Part shown: positions 12,950-24,969 of the stretch, piece by piece
Layout: the number at the start of each line of letters is the position of its first letter
Numbering within the stretch: position 1 is the first letter of the stretch
Source of the DNA: Vicugna vicugna
Lineage: Eukaryota
NCBI GenBank assembly: GCA_013265495.1
Contig: MU058206.1
Location: 62,001-126,000 of the forward strand
DNA length: 64,000 nucleotides
Direction: 5' to 3'
Notes under the pieces: generated by a model
What the model saw: only the letters and a program-made list of their open reading frames with translations
Told to the model about the DNA's origin: nothing
Databases searched by the model: none
Position numbers and translations under genes: made by a program

Positions 12950-13960
12950 GGAGTTCCTCCAGTGGAGGTCGCGGTTGTCCTTCCCTCCGCCGCCAGGCGT
13001 CACCACCGGCTTGGAAATGGAAGGCTCAGCCAGGCCGTCAGCCCAGCCAGCCTTTATGGGGAGGTGGGGGTACCCTGCGGGATGGAAGCCTCGACCCTCG
13101 GGGTGGCTGCCACTTTATGCTTGGGACTCAGTGTCCCTCGGGGGTCCGGAGGGCCGTGCGCCCCTGAATTCGGGTGAGTGCGGCCGGGAGTGGAGGCAAA
13201 CCCGAGGGCCAGGGTGCAGGTGAGCGTGGCAACCCCGGGTCGCCCGGCCTCTACGTCCCCCAGGCATCCCTTCTGAGAAGAGGAAGCGGAAATTTCTCAC
13301 TACAGACGTTATACAGACCCTTTCACAAATAAAGCGTCTGAGGCTCCGTTTCCATGCCCCAGGTGGCATGAACCCTCTCTCCCCTCTCTCAGTTGAGGCG
13401 GTTTCCACACGGAGCTGCCTCCCTGCAAGCTCCTGGCCCCAACGGCGACGTGTGAAAATCTGGTTGAATGAACAGCTGAATGTGCACATAACAATAAGCG
13501 GCATTTACTGAGCACGTACTATGTGCCAGACGATTTTCTCAACAAGCCTGTACTCGGATACTGTTATTATACCCATGGCGGTGGTGGTGGGGTGGAGGAG
13601 CAGGCACAAAGAGGTGAAGTCATTTGCCCAAGACACGGTGGCGAATCCCAGATTGGGACCCAGGCGATCTGGCTCCAGAGCTCGATGGTGCAACACCGTC
13701 TCTGAACGGCACACGCCTTTCGCTGTCTCAGGGGGTCGTCATCAAGTGCCTCGGCGCCGGGCACTGGCCAGCAGAGAGGGGGCAGCGGGGGCGGGGGCGG
13801 CCTCGCCTTCCTCGCGGGGCGCCGCGCCCACCGGCGGCGCCGCAAGTGCCCAGCAGGCGGCGCGCTGACCCCACTCGCGTCCCTCACGACATGCCCGCGC
13901 CGTCTCCATCGCCCCAGCGGGAGTCGGCGTGGACCACGGCGACCTGGGTCCAGCCGACAG
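12950..13960. promoter_or_regulatory. Orphan CpG island(s) ~6 kb upstream of NXPH3, interrupted by a CpG-rich MIR
   Basis: High CpG density at 12960-13290 and 13700-13950, GC boxes GGGGCGGGGCGG at ~13787-13800. Confidence 0.75.
13495..13690 (-). mobile_element. MIR SINE within the CpG island
   Basis: CATTTACTGAGCACGTACTATGTGCCAG...GAGGTGAAGTCATTTGCCCAAGACAC...ACCCAGGCGATCTGGCTCCAGAGC. Confidence 0.75.
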
Positions 13961-15100
13961 GTGGAAGACAGATGACCTGGTGCCAGCTGGGCGCTCCCTG
14001 CCAGGTGCCCTGCAGTCCAGCGGTCCAGCTCAGGCCCTGTTTTCTCCCCCTCGCCTCTCACCTGGGAAGATACTGACAGGTAGCCGGCATAAGCTTGGCC
14101 AGTCTTTTGTTCAAGTGCTTCGCTGTTCACAAAGCATTTCCCACCAGCTCAATGCAGACAAAAGTCCAAGGTGTATTATGTGTCCAGAGGAGAGCCAGAT
14201 GTCCTCACACTCACCCAGTCCTCACCCCATGGAGGGGCAGTGTGGTCCCCCTTTACAGACGGGCAGCTGAGCCCCAAAGAAGACAAGAGGTTCCCCCAAG
14301 ATCACCCAGACAGCAGACCTCAGAGCCAGCCCCCTAACCCAGGGCTCCTGGGCTCCACGTCCTCCCCTTTTCCACTTTGCAAGAGCACGTATGGGAGCCT
14401 TTACAGCCAGAGTGAGGTCCCTTCTGGCTGGAGAGTCCTTTGAGAGGCAGGGATGTTGACAAAATGAGTCCTCAAAGCCTGAGGCGGGAGGCAGGCATGA
14501 TGTGGGACTTGAGTGGGACTCCGTCCCCTGCCCTCTTCCCCTCTCTCTCCCGTCATTCCTCCCTACATGACTGGCCCTGGCCGCCCCATTTTGCACTCTC
14601 GCTGTGCTCTGTCCTTTGCAAGCTCCTCATACTCTCACCTCTGGTAACCCCTGAGCCTCCCACACTTCCCAGTCCTGTCTCCATCTGACCCCTACTCTGC
14701 CCCCAGCTCTCACTGCACCTGAGCACGTGAGACACCTAACTCCACCTGTCCAGGACCGGGTGCTGTGTCTCTGCCTGCCGAACTGCCCTCTGTCCTCTGT
14801 CCCCCAGACTGGAAAGCTGGGGGTCATCTTTGATGCTTCAACCCAGTCCTAGAGTCTAACTCCTTTCCATTCCACTCCTTGAACATCTTTTGAGGCCATC
14901 CCCTCCTTCCCATCCCTAGGGTTTCTGCCTTAATTCAGGCCACCATCACTTCCCAGCCTCCCGTTTTACCCACTCTCTTAAATCTCCTGCCACTCGAGTG
15001 ATCTTCCTAGTAATTGTCCTAAAGTGCAAATCTGCCCCCTATTCAAAACTTGTAAATTAAAAACTTGCAATAAAAAACAAAAATAAAAACATCTTAATCA

Positions 15101-15241
15101 GGGGGAGGGTATAGCTCAGTGGTAGAGTGCATGCTTAGAATGCACAATGTCCTGGGTTCAATCCCCGGTACTTCCATTAATAAACAAACAAACAAACCTA
15201 CCCCCCCCATAAATAAATAAATAAAATTGTACAAAAAAAAA
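15101..15241 (+). mobile_element. tRNA-derived SINE (Vic-1-like)
   Basis: Intact A and B boxes, A-rich tail, perfect TSD ATCTTAATCA at 15091-15100 and 15242-15251. Confidence 0.92.
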
Positions 15242-17129
15242 ATCTTAATCACATGATGAAGCCCCAAACCTAGACCCATAAAACTAGACCCATAAAGCCC
15301 TGGGCTATCTTTCCGGCTCTCTGCGTCCCCTGCCCACCACTACCCTCCCTGCCTGCAGTTTCTTCAAAGTGTCTGGGTCTTAGCGTGGCTGCTCCCTCTG
15401 CCTGGAAGGCCCCTCCCCCAGCGCCATGGCTGACCGAGGCCTTCAGCCTTCAGACCCCAGCTGAAACGTCACATCTCACAGAGCTCTCCCTGACCCCTTC
15501 CAGGTAACCCAGGACCTCTCCTTAGTTTCTCTTTCACTCAGAACTGGCTCTTCTTCTTCCTTCATACCACCTGCCAACATCTCAAGATTTTGTGTTTGCA
15601 TATGCTTAGCCATTTAATCCCATCTTTCCCAGAGCCCCAGTTCTCCACGCGAATAAGGACTGCCATCCCTCGTTCACCAGCTGTACCCCCACACCCAGAC
15701 AGGGACCCGACATAAAAGTAGACATCTGATAACTATTTGTGGAACAAATGAGTCTTTCATCTTGTTCTCATCAGAACCCCATTCCCAGGCTTTCTTTCAT
15801 CTCCGGCCTTTGCATGAGTTGCTTCCTCTGCCTGGAAGGTTCTTTCCTTCCCCTCCCACCTGGGCTGATCCGTACATCACAAGACTAACTTCTCCAGGAT
15901 TCGTCCTTGGCCCCCTCTTTAGAATTAGGGTTTCCCTCTGGGCTCCCCTAGTCCCAGATACATAGCATTCTACCATAACATTTAAAAGTGGCAAATGCCC
16001 AGGTAAACATGAGAGATTACTAGCAATGATGATCTATTCCTGCCTCTCCCCCGACCTCTCCACCCTACCTGGCTCAAGGGCACCTGCTCTCTGCCTTTCA
16101 GACCAGCCAGAACCCCATTTCCTATTCAGTCGAATAGGAACCTAGGCACCCCTGTGTTGTTTTCTTTCCTGCAGCACTGGGGAGGCAGGGAGGAGGGGAG
16201 GGAGACAGATAGGGTTCTTCCAATATGAGACTGAGGCAGGTGAAAGCATCAGAGGTGCCAAGCAAACGGCCAGCCAACCCACATCCAGGGTGTGCGTGGG
16301 CACCAAGGAGGCTGGGGGCTGAGGGGAGGGGCTACGGCATTGAGTTCTCCCCCTTCATTGAGCATCTGCCGTGCGCAGGGTCTAGTCCAGTAGGGGGGTG
16401 GGGATACAGAAAGGAGAGCCTGAAGGGCAGACACACCTGGGGTTACCTCCAGCACAGCTGTGCACAGAGTTTACTGAGTCTGTGGTCTCTCTTCCCATCC
16501 TGGGAGCAGCTGGAAGGACCAAGGTTGGGTATAGTTGCACAAAGAATCTTTGCCAAACCCAGTGGTCACTTTTATGTCGCCACTTGGCCAGGCTGCTCTG
16601 CTCCTTTGAGCTGCTGTTCATTCCTTCTTTCCTGACACTCCACACACACCAGTTTGTCAAAGGGAAGTCCAGAGACCACAAACATCAGAGTTACCTGGGA
16701 TAGTGCAAAAATACATGGCACTGGGCTCCCATCTGCCGACCCTGGGGTGGGACCCTAGTGTCTGCATTGTACAGTAACCTCTGCCGGGTGCACACAGGAG
16801 TAAGAGCTCCATTGCTCCTGCTGCTTCCAGGACCACCCCACCCACCCTCCTTGCCCCTGGCTACCGGTTCCTATCTGGAATCCTTTGGGGCTGCTTTTCC
16901 TCTGGCCACCTCTTAAATGCCAGGGTGCCCAGGGCTCCTCCATCCAAGCCCCTTACTCTTTTTTGTATATCCACACCTCCAGTACCCCAGACGAGACTTT
17001 CTTCTGCTCTTGGTTGGTTAACAGCACACAGATTTGAGTGACCAAAGCTGACCCCCACCACTCTCTCCCTGGAGCCCACTCTCTTCCCCCCTGCCACCTA
17101 TAGCACCCATCACAGCGAGCATCCTGCCT

Positions 17130-17798
17130 ACGGCCCAAGCCAGAAACTTGGCTATCACACTTGACTCCCTTTCTCCCTTCCTCCCTTCTTTCAGCAACAA
17201 CTAAATCCTGATTTGCCTCCTAAAGATGTTTTCAGTCTCCCCCTCCTCACTCCAGACCACTGCAGTTATCCCCTAACTGGTTCCCTCCCTCTCGTCTTTC
17301 CTCTTTCAAGTGAATTCTCCAAAAGCTTTCTAAAATGCAAATCTGACTATAATCACCAGCCTCCTTAAAACCTTTCAGAGAATCTTCAAGGTCCTAACCC
17401 ATTGACCCGCACTGAAGACCTTCTATCAGCTGGTCCCCGCTTCTGGCTCCAACTTCCTCCCCTCTCCTCTGATTTCCAGTAACATCAAACTGCTCCCAGT
17501 TCTAGCCTCCAGACCTTTGACCCTTCAGTCTTTACAACTCGGGCATCACCTCCTCCAGGAAGCCATCCCTCTCTACTCCTGCCTCCATGGTCCTTGGTGC
17601 ATCCATAGTACCTGGTAGAGGGATCTGTGATGCCACTCACCACACTGAGTTATAATCATTGGTTTTCATGTCTCAGTTCTGCACTAGCCAGTGAGATCCT
17701 TGAGGGCAGGGATGGTGTCCCATTCATCTCTGTATCCCAGCCCCTGGCCTGGTGCCTGGCACCGAGGACAGGCTTGGCCAGTGGTTGATGGATGAATG
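17130..17798 (+). mobile_element. L2 LINE 3' fragment (similar remnants at ~14800-15750 on + and ~10970-11400 on -)
   Basis: CATCACCTCCTCCAGGAAGCC, GTGAGATCCTTGAGGGCAGGGA...CCTGGCAC...GATGGATGAATG. Confidence 0.7.
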
Positions 17799-18331
17799 CG
17801 GAGGGGAAACTTGAAGGAAGTGAGAGCCAGGAAGGGCCGAGAGGGCAGTGAGGGCAAGCCTGGCAGGAGGCGCAGCCAGAGCAAATGTGTGGGAAGGAGA
17901 AAAGCAAGCTTCCCTTTATTGCATGCCATGCCTGCCCAGCAGCCCTTGTGCCTCTCCTTTGTTTGCACATTCTGTCTCATTTAGTCCTTGTAGCAACAGA
18001 CCAGGAAACGGGCATCAGAGAACTAAAGCAACCTGCCCAAGGTCACACAGCCAAGCCTGGAGTGGAATCCAGGACTGTCTGGCCTGAAAACCTGTGCTCT
18101 TTCTGCTGGGTCACCCTGCTCTCCTGGGCACAGGACCTTCTGGAGATGACCAAGGAGTGGGCCCAGCTATGCCTCTGCCTAGCCGAGCACCGGAAACAGC
18201 TGCCCACGCTCCGGCCAACAGCCTCCTCCTCCCAGCCGGACCAGAGGTTCAGAGGCCAGGCCAGGATTTATCTGTTCCTTCCTCTCCTGGCTTAGTCGGG
18301 GGCGGGGGTCTTTGACTCGACAGGCACCCCG

Positions 18332-18357
18332 CCACCACCACCACCACCACCACCACC
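18332..18357. repeat. (CCA)n microsatellite
   Basis: Direct read; explains the poly-H and poly-W stretches in spurious ORFs. Confidence 0.95.
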
Positions 18358-19439
18358 AAGGAAGGGCTGCTGCATCCTGTACCACCCAGGTGCCTGGGGA
18401 AGGCAGGGGGCTCTGTGATGCTGTCTGGGTTCTGCAGAATCTGTCTCCCTCATCGCACTTGGCCCAGGCTGATATTAAGATTCATCTGCATTCCCCGCGC
18501 ACCCGCCTGGCAGATGGTGGGGGAGGAGGCTGGGTGCGTGCTGGGGGCTGCAGCCAGAGACCAAGCTGGTGCCTCGAGGGCCAGAGCAGAGGGCCCACCC
18601 ATCGTGCCCCCTGGGCCCAGCCCAGGCTGGGACCACTGTAAATGCTGGGGTACCTCCTCAATCTCACAGCCTCTTGAGGGGGTGCTAAGATCTGACCTTT
18701 GATTTTTTTTTTTCCTAAGGACTAAAGAGGCCCTGCAATTCCAGGAAGAAAACATGGAGATATGGGGTGTGGGGGATGGGCCCCACCTTTGAGAATCTCA
18801 GATGAGGGTCTTTTTCTTTCTTCTTGCCCTGGAGGTTTGCAGAGACCAGAGCGAGCCAGAGACCCTGCTGGCAGAGGAGCCCCATGTCCCAGCCTGTGAC
18901 TCCCTGAATCACAGGGAGGGCAGTAGTGAAGAACAGAGAGGGCCAGCCTCCAGGGAGGCCTTTCCCACCTCATTCCCCAGCTTCTCACGAGGCTTATCCC
19001 TAACCCCAGCCCCAGAATCCGGCCTGGCCTCTAGAAGCCTTTTCAGCCCAGGGCTCCAGTCAAAAGTTTGCTGTCACAGCAACTGGACTGAGAAGTACTG
19101 GGGGGAAGGGAGGAGGGCTATCTCAGCCCCTCTGAGTAAAGTAGAAGAGGAAACTGACATGATAACAAAAGGAGTACAAGCTAGACACTTAGAAGAACTT
19201 CCCTCAGCCCAGAAGCAAGTCTTGCAGAGAGGAAGTGGACTTTGGGGTGTGGGGAGAGGCTGCAATAAGGAAGACGTCCTTTTCTGGCTCTTGGAATGGG
19301 TTTGGAAAAAATGATCTTTCCAAATACCAAGTCTCTTGGGGTTCAGGGCAGGGCAGCAGACTGATATCCCCAATGTCCGCTACCGGGGACAGACGCCCTC
19401 CTAGAGGGGTGGAAAAAGTAGGGTCCCTATCCCCGGGCC

Positions 19440-20900
19440 ACCACCCTCTCCCTTCCTCGCCAAGAGTTACTCCGCCCCCGCGTCCTGCCCGTTTTGTCCT
19501 AAGTCCCCGGGCTGCGGGCCGGCAGGGGAGGAGTTAACTCCGGAGGTACCGGCTGGGCTCACAGTACCTGCCGCTGCCGCCGCCGCCGCCGCCGGTGGGA
19601 GGGACGAGGAAGCCGGAGCCGCCTGGGCGCCAGGAGCGCTCCAGTCTGGCGGGGCGCTGCGCCGGGAGCGGCGGCGGGGCTCGGCGCGGCCAGGGGCGTC
19701 CGCCAGGGGGCGCGCCGCGACGGGGCGGGAGGGGCCGTCTGGTCTGGGGAATTGGTACAAGGACGAGAGCGCGCGCGGGTCCCCAACACATCTGGGAGAG
19801 AGCGGCGCCACTGGAACCGAGGGTGCATATCTGGAGCGGCTGAGCCATCGCGCAGCTGGGGCCCTTCGAGGCGCTAGGGGCGCACATCTGGGACCTCGAG
19901 AGGGGGCAGCGCCGCGAGCAACTGGACCGGGGAGGGGGGCGGCGGCGGCTGCACAGCTGGACCTAAGGGGGCGGGGTCGGTCCTGGGCGGCTGGCAGAGC
20001 CAAGGGCCGCGGGTGGCCGGGCACTGGAGCATGGGACGGCGCGCCTGAAAGAGCAGGGGTGAGGAAAGGCCTGGGACCCCGAAGGGAAAAGAGGAGAGAA
20101 AGGGGCACAAGAGCAAAGAAGGAAGATGCAACTGACTCGCTGCTGCTTCGTGTTCCTAGTGCAGGGCAGCCTCTATCTGGTGAGTGGTCCGCGGGGAGCT
20201 GCGCGGAGGGGCGGGGGCCCAGAGGATTGGGGGAGAGCGCGGGAAGCTTCCGAGGCCAGAAACTTTCTCCTTTCCCCTCAACATCCCAGGGATGGAGGGG
20301 AAGCCTGGTGGCTGGGGGAGAGGGCGGGTCCGAGACCAGAGACTGTACAGAAAGGGTTAATAGGGGCGGGGAGAGGGTGCTGGGCTGGCCCACCCACTCG
20401 GCTGCTGGTGGCGGGAGGTGCGACGGGCACGAGGGAAAATACCCGAAGCCTGTCGCCAAGGGTTACTCGACCTCTTTCCCGGCCTTGGGCCGCGGGGATG
20501 GGGGCTGGGGGCGGGTGGTTGTGGAGCTGATGACCTGCCGGGGCAGGGGGCGTGGGCTTTTCTTCCCTGACCTCGAGGTTCCGGAGGGCCCCGGGCTCTG
20601 GGTCCCCCAGCGCACAAGCGGGTCCAGGCGGGGTGCGGCCCCCGCGTCCCTCGCTCCCGCCTTCCCTCCCGTTCCCTCCCTCCCCGCCTGTTGTTTTCCT
20701 CTCCTCTCCCGGCTGCGCGCAGCCCGAGCCCCACAGGACCTGGGCAGGCGGCTCCCGCCCCGGGCGCCCGCGGCAGCTGAGCGGAGCGCCCAGAGCCCGC
20801 TCCCCGTGCGCTCGCTAGCGCCTTCCGGGCGGCCCAGGACGCAGGGAATCCACCCCGACCCCGGCCCAGGGTTCAGCTCCCCCCGCCCTCGACCCAGCGC
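19440..20900. promoter_or_regulatory. CpG island: NXPH3 promoter, exon 1 and start of intron
   Basis: Very dense CpG, GC boxes (GGGGCGGGG at ~19968), (GCC)n run at 19570-19593; spans the ATG. Edges approximate. Confidence 0.9.
20126..20179 (+). CDS. NXPH3: Neurexophilin-3 coding exon 1 (signal peptide MQLTRCCFVFLVQGSLYL)
   Basis: ATG at 20126 (GGAAGATGC), 18 codons matching the NXPH3 N-terminus, then donor CTG|GTGAGT at 20180, phase 0. Confidence 0.96.
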
Positions 20901-22578
20901 CCGCCAACTGCCACCTCCCAATCCTGTCGTGGAGAAGCCTCAGCCCCACATCTGTGTCTGCCCCTTTCCTCAAAACAATAATCCCCCTTTGCCACTGTGT
21001 GGAGAGCCTTCCCTTGTCACAGCCCTAGCTGGAGCCCTTCTCCCCATCTTCCAGCCATTTAGCTGTGACCCCCCGGGGCCAAGTACACACAGGTCTGTCG
21101 CCTTGAGCCCACCTCCCAGAGCCTCCCCTCCTGCTGTCCCTCTACCCTACCCTTGGGTCCTGACCCGCAGGGCCACCACACATAACCGTGGGCATGGCCA
21201 GGGTCAGAACAGGCGACATCTTCTTGGGGAAAACTTCTTTGGAGCCCTTCAGACCCCAGTCTCCAGCATCCTGCATCCTCACCCTAGGGTGGCCAGCAAA
21301 TCCAGATGCTGCCCAGCTGTGAGGTGGTGCCCCTGGTGCTGATAACAAGACACATAGGGCAAGTACTCTTTTCAAAAGCTGAGCAAACCCACACCAGGTG
21401 GGTGGCTGTCCTCAGGAAACCTGGTCCGTTCCCTGATGCCCTCCTGAGCTGTCCTATGTTTGAGCTGGTCAGGCTGCCCAGCGGGTGCTCCCCACAACGC
21501 CTCCAGGAAGCCTACCCAGGTGTTGCCTGTCACTAGAGTTGATGCAGCAGAGGCCAGCCGAGCCTCCGCGGAGCTTTCTTTACTGGAGATTCTGGGTGGG
21601 CTTGGGGATTGGAGAAAACCCCTAGAGAAGGACCCATCTGGTTCATGAGTCTGGGAGTTCAGTGGGATGGGAGGGATGACCCCATGTGACTTAGCCTTAT
21701 AGTGATGTAACTTTTGAGTCTAGTGTCCCCATCTGTGAAATGGGAATAATAAGAACTCCTGCCTCCTAGTGTAAGTAATGTCCTGGCATGTTATCATCAG
21801 CGGTCCCTGGAGGAGTGTTTGGCCATCCTGGGTATGGGGCTCACCCCAGGTCTCCCCTCTAGTCCTCCTACCAAAATCTAAACTGCATTTGTACTTGAGA
21901 GAGAATTTCAGTGGGTTCTGTTTTCTTTTCCATTGTCTGTTAGTTCTCTCTGAGGATAGAAACCATCCCAGGGTGGGGATGGTGTCTCATCCAACAGACT
22001 AGGAAGTCCCAAAAGACAGGTGCTGCACCTCTGTGTCCAGCACAGAGATGGAGCTCCCCTATCTGTCATGGGGCTCTTTGAGGGCAGAGACTACACCTCC
22101 CCCATCAGCCTGGGAATTCACAGAGGCAGGGATTCCAGCTCTCCCATGACGGGGGTGGGGGCTGGTCTGTCAGCACAGGGACATGCTTCTGCCATCAGAT
22201 GAGGGCTCCCCCAAGATCAGGAGCTAGGCCTCCCCTAATCAGACTGGGGACTCCCCAGGAGTAGGGGCCTTGTACCTCTGCTGCTGTGATCCACTGGACA
22301 GAATTCTCTGCCTTCCTTCCAGACTTCGAATAATGGCCAGAGGCAGGGCAGTGGGGAGAGGAGGTAGGGGTGACCTCCATGTCAGAACATGAGATGGAAT
22401 CACGACACAAGCCAGAGTGCAAACCCAGCCCCCAGCGTAAGTGGGCAACATGCAGGGGCCCCAGGTCAGAGTGGAAGAGGACAGAAAAATGATGCTGGCA
22501 GCGAGGAGCAGTGGACCAGAATTCCTGGGTCTTCTGGGGAACCAGAGCACTCACTCTTCCCCCCAACTCCCTCCATAG

Positions 22579-23283
<705 letters not shown>

Positions 23284-24341
23284 CCCCGGGCAGGCCACAG
23301 AGGCTGGGCCAGGGCTGGAAGGACAGGCCTGCCCACACATGAAGCCATCTGTCTGGGTACTGGGCAGGGAAAGGAAGAAGCCTCGGGCGGGGAGCAGGGG
23401 TGGGTGGAGAGGAGATGCCAAGTGGGGCCAAGGCCAAATCTCAAGTGGCAGGGAAAGGGTCCCAGCAGCTGGCCCCAACCTGATGTTGCAGAGTGAGCAG
23501 CACACAGGAGCACCGGCCATGGAGTGGGTTCTCCGGGCAGCCTCACAGGCTGACTGAGGGACAGGAAGATGCTGGGTGCAGGAGGCCCGTGGGGCAGGCA
23601 GACCGATAAAGTCACTGAGAGGAGCCTAAAACCTTGGCTCCCTCCCCGCCATCCTGAGAAAGAACAGCAACAAGGAGAGGGTTATTTCATCAGTGTGGAC
23701 ACCAAGTAGGCGCTGAAGGATGGCTGACACTGGGCGTCCTGGGAGCCAGCATGGGGTGGGGGTGGGGGGCAGGAGGAACTCTCCAGCCCCACCCAGTGGG
23801 CAGCCCTAAGCCTCTCATCCTGGACGGTGGACTGAGCTGGGCTTGAGGCTGAAGTGGTGATCCTTGGAGGCTGATATCTTGACAGATAGACCATCTGCCC
23901 AAGCCAGGCCACCCTTTTCCAAACTTTCTTCTTCTGCCGTTGCTCCCCACCCCAACCCTCATGCTGAAGGGACACCAGTCCTTAAGCTGAGACAGAGGGT
24001 GATGGTGGATCTCCCAGCACCAAGGCCACAGGCGGAAGCCCACCCGTGAGCCACGTGGCCCTCCTCTGCCCCATCTCTCACTAGATCCTCTGGGAGCTTC
24101 CTTGTTCAGCGCGTGATCCTTCCATAGCCAGCCTTGCCCATCAGACTGGGGTGCGGCCGGATAGATGCCTCCCTCGTGACCGGCGGGGCCATCAGCAGCT
24201 CTGGGCAGGGTGAGGCCAGACTGCAGAGGGTGTGCCGGACCTGTTCTGTAGTGTCTGTCTGTGGGTGGGGGGAGGGGGGAGGTTTTGTGAAATCACCTGA
24301 TTGTCGACTTCTGTGTGCAGAATCTTGTTCTTGGAGCAGGG

Positions 24342-24347
24342 AATAAA
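24342..24347 (+). other. Likely NXPH3 polyadenylation signal (AATAAA)
   Basis: First AATAAA I found downstream of the stop (~1.06 kb), followed by G/T-rich sequence. Confidence 0.7.
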
Positions 24348-24780
24348 GCTTTCCCAGGGCGTTGGACTCTGAGTGGTCTGGGAGGTAGGTTGGAGGTAGG
24401 GGAAAGGGCCACAGGTGCCCCTGTGGTCTAGCAGGCAGAAAGACAATATCTGGAGGCCAGAGTCGCAGGGCTCCAACAGCTGCTGGGGCTGATGCTCAGT
24501 GTCGGCTCCAAGGCTTCCCTCTCCACCCCCCTTCCAGCCACGAAAGCTGGGCCAGTGCTGTGCTGGTGGGGCTGGGGGTGGCATCTGCAAAGCAGCTGGG
24601 AAGGAAGAGCCAACAGGCAGGATGGCCACATCGGGGTGCCTTCCTGGATCCGCCATCTAGGCGGACCCAGTGGAGTGTCAGCTCTCTGTCAGTAGTTTGC
24701 TCTGTGGCCTTGGGCAAGTCCATTCCCCTCTCTGATTCTCTTTTCATTTCTTCTCTATAAAATGAGGAGCTTGTCCAGCC

Positions 24781-24969
24781 CAGAGGTTCTGAAATGTGAG
24801 TGGGCCTCTGAATCACCAAGAGGGCTGTTAAAACCCAGATTTCTGGGTCCCACCCTATCGTTGCTAATTCAGTAGGTCTGGGGTGGGGTCTAAGATTTGC
24901 TTTTCTAACAAGTGTGCCCAGGGAGATGCCAACGCTCCCTGCCCAGAGACCGCACTTCGAGGACCGCGC
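24781..24969. mobile_element. MER5A-like hAT DNA transposon
   Basis: CAGAGGTTCTGAAA...GAATCACC...TTCAGTAGGTCTGGGGTGGGGTCTAAGATTTGCTTTTCTAACAAG...CCGCACTTCGAGGACC. Confidence 0.8.

Noticed and set aside
15101..15175. tRNA-like sequences (also at 9644, 9947, 33685, 41957)
   Set aside because: These are SINE heads with A-rich tails and, in most copies, TSDs; not functional tRNA genes.
15266..15297. Short tandem duplications (CTAGACCCATAAA x2; also 52448-52483 and 46288-46325)
   Set aside because: Ordinary slippage duplications; no spacer structure, so not CRISPR-like.
16119..16140. Perfect 9-bp hairpin TTCCTATTC-AGTC-GAATAGGAA
   Set aside because: A stem this short is expected by chance in 64 kb; no miRNA-length stem or supporting context.
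19785..19963. Regularly spaced ~12-bp motif read as a CRISPR-like array
   Set aside because: Units are too short and degenerate, the context is a mammalian promoter and there are no cas genes; kept only as a candidate TF-site cluster.
20059..21342. 427-aa + strand ORF, and the 330-aa - strand ORF at 19467-20459
   Set aside because: Low-complexity P/R/G/A translations caused by stop-codon scarcity in the CpG island; non-ATG starts; they run across the true NXPH3 donor site.
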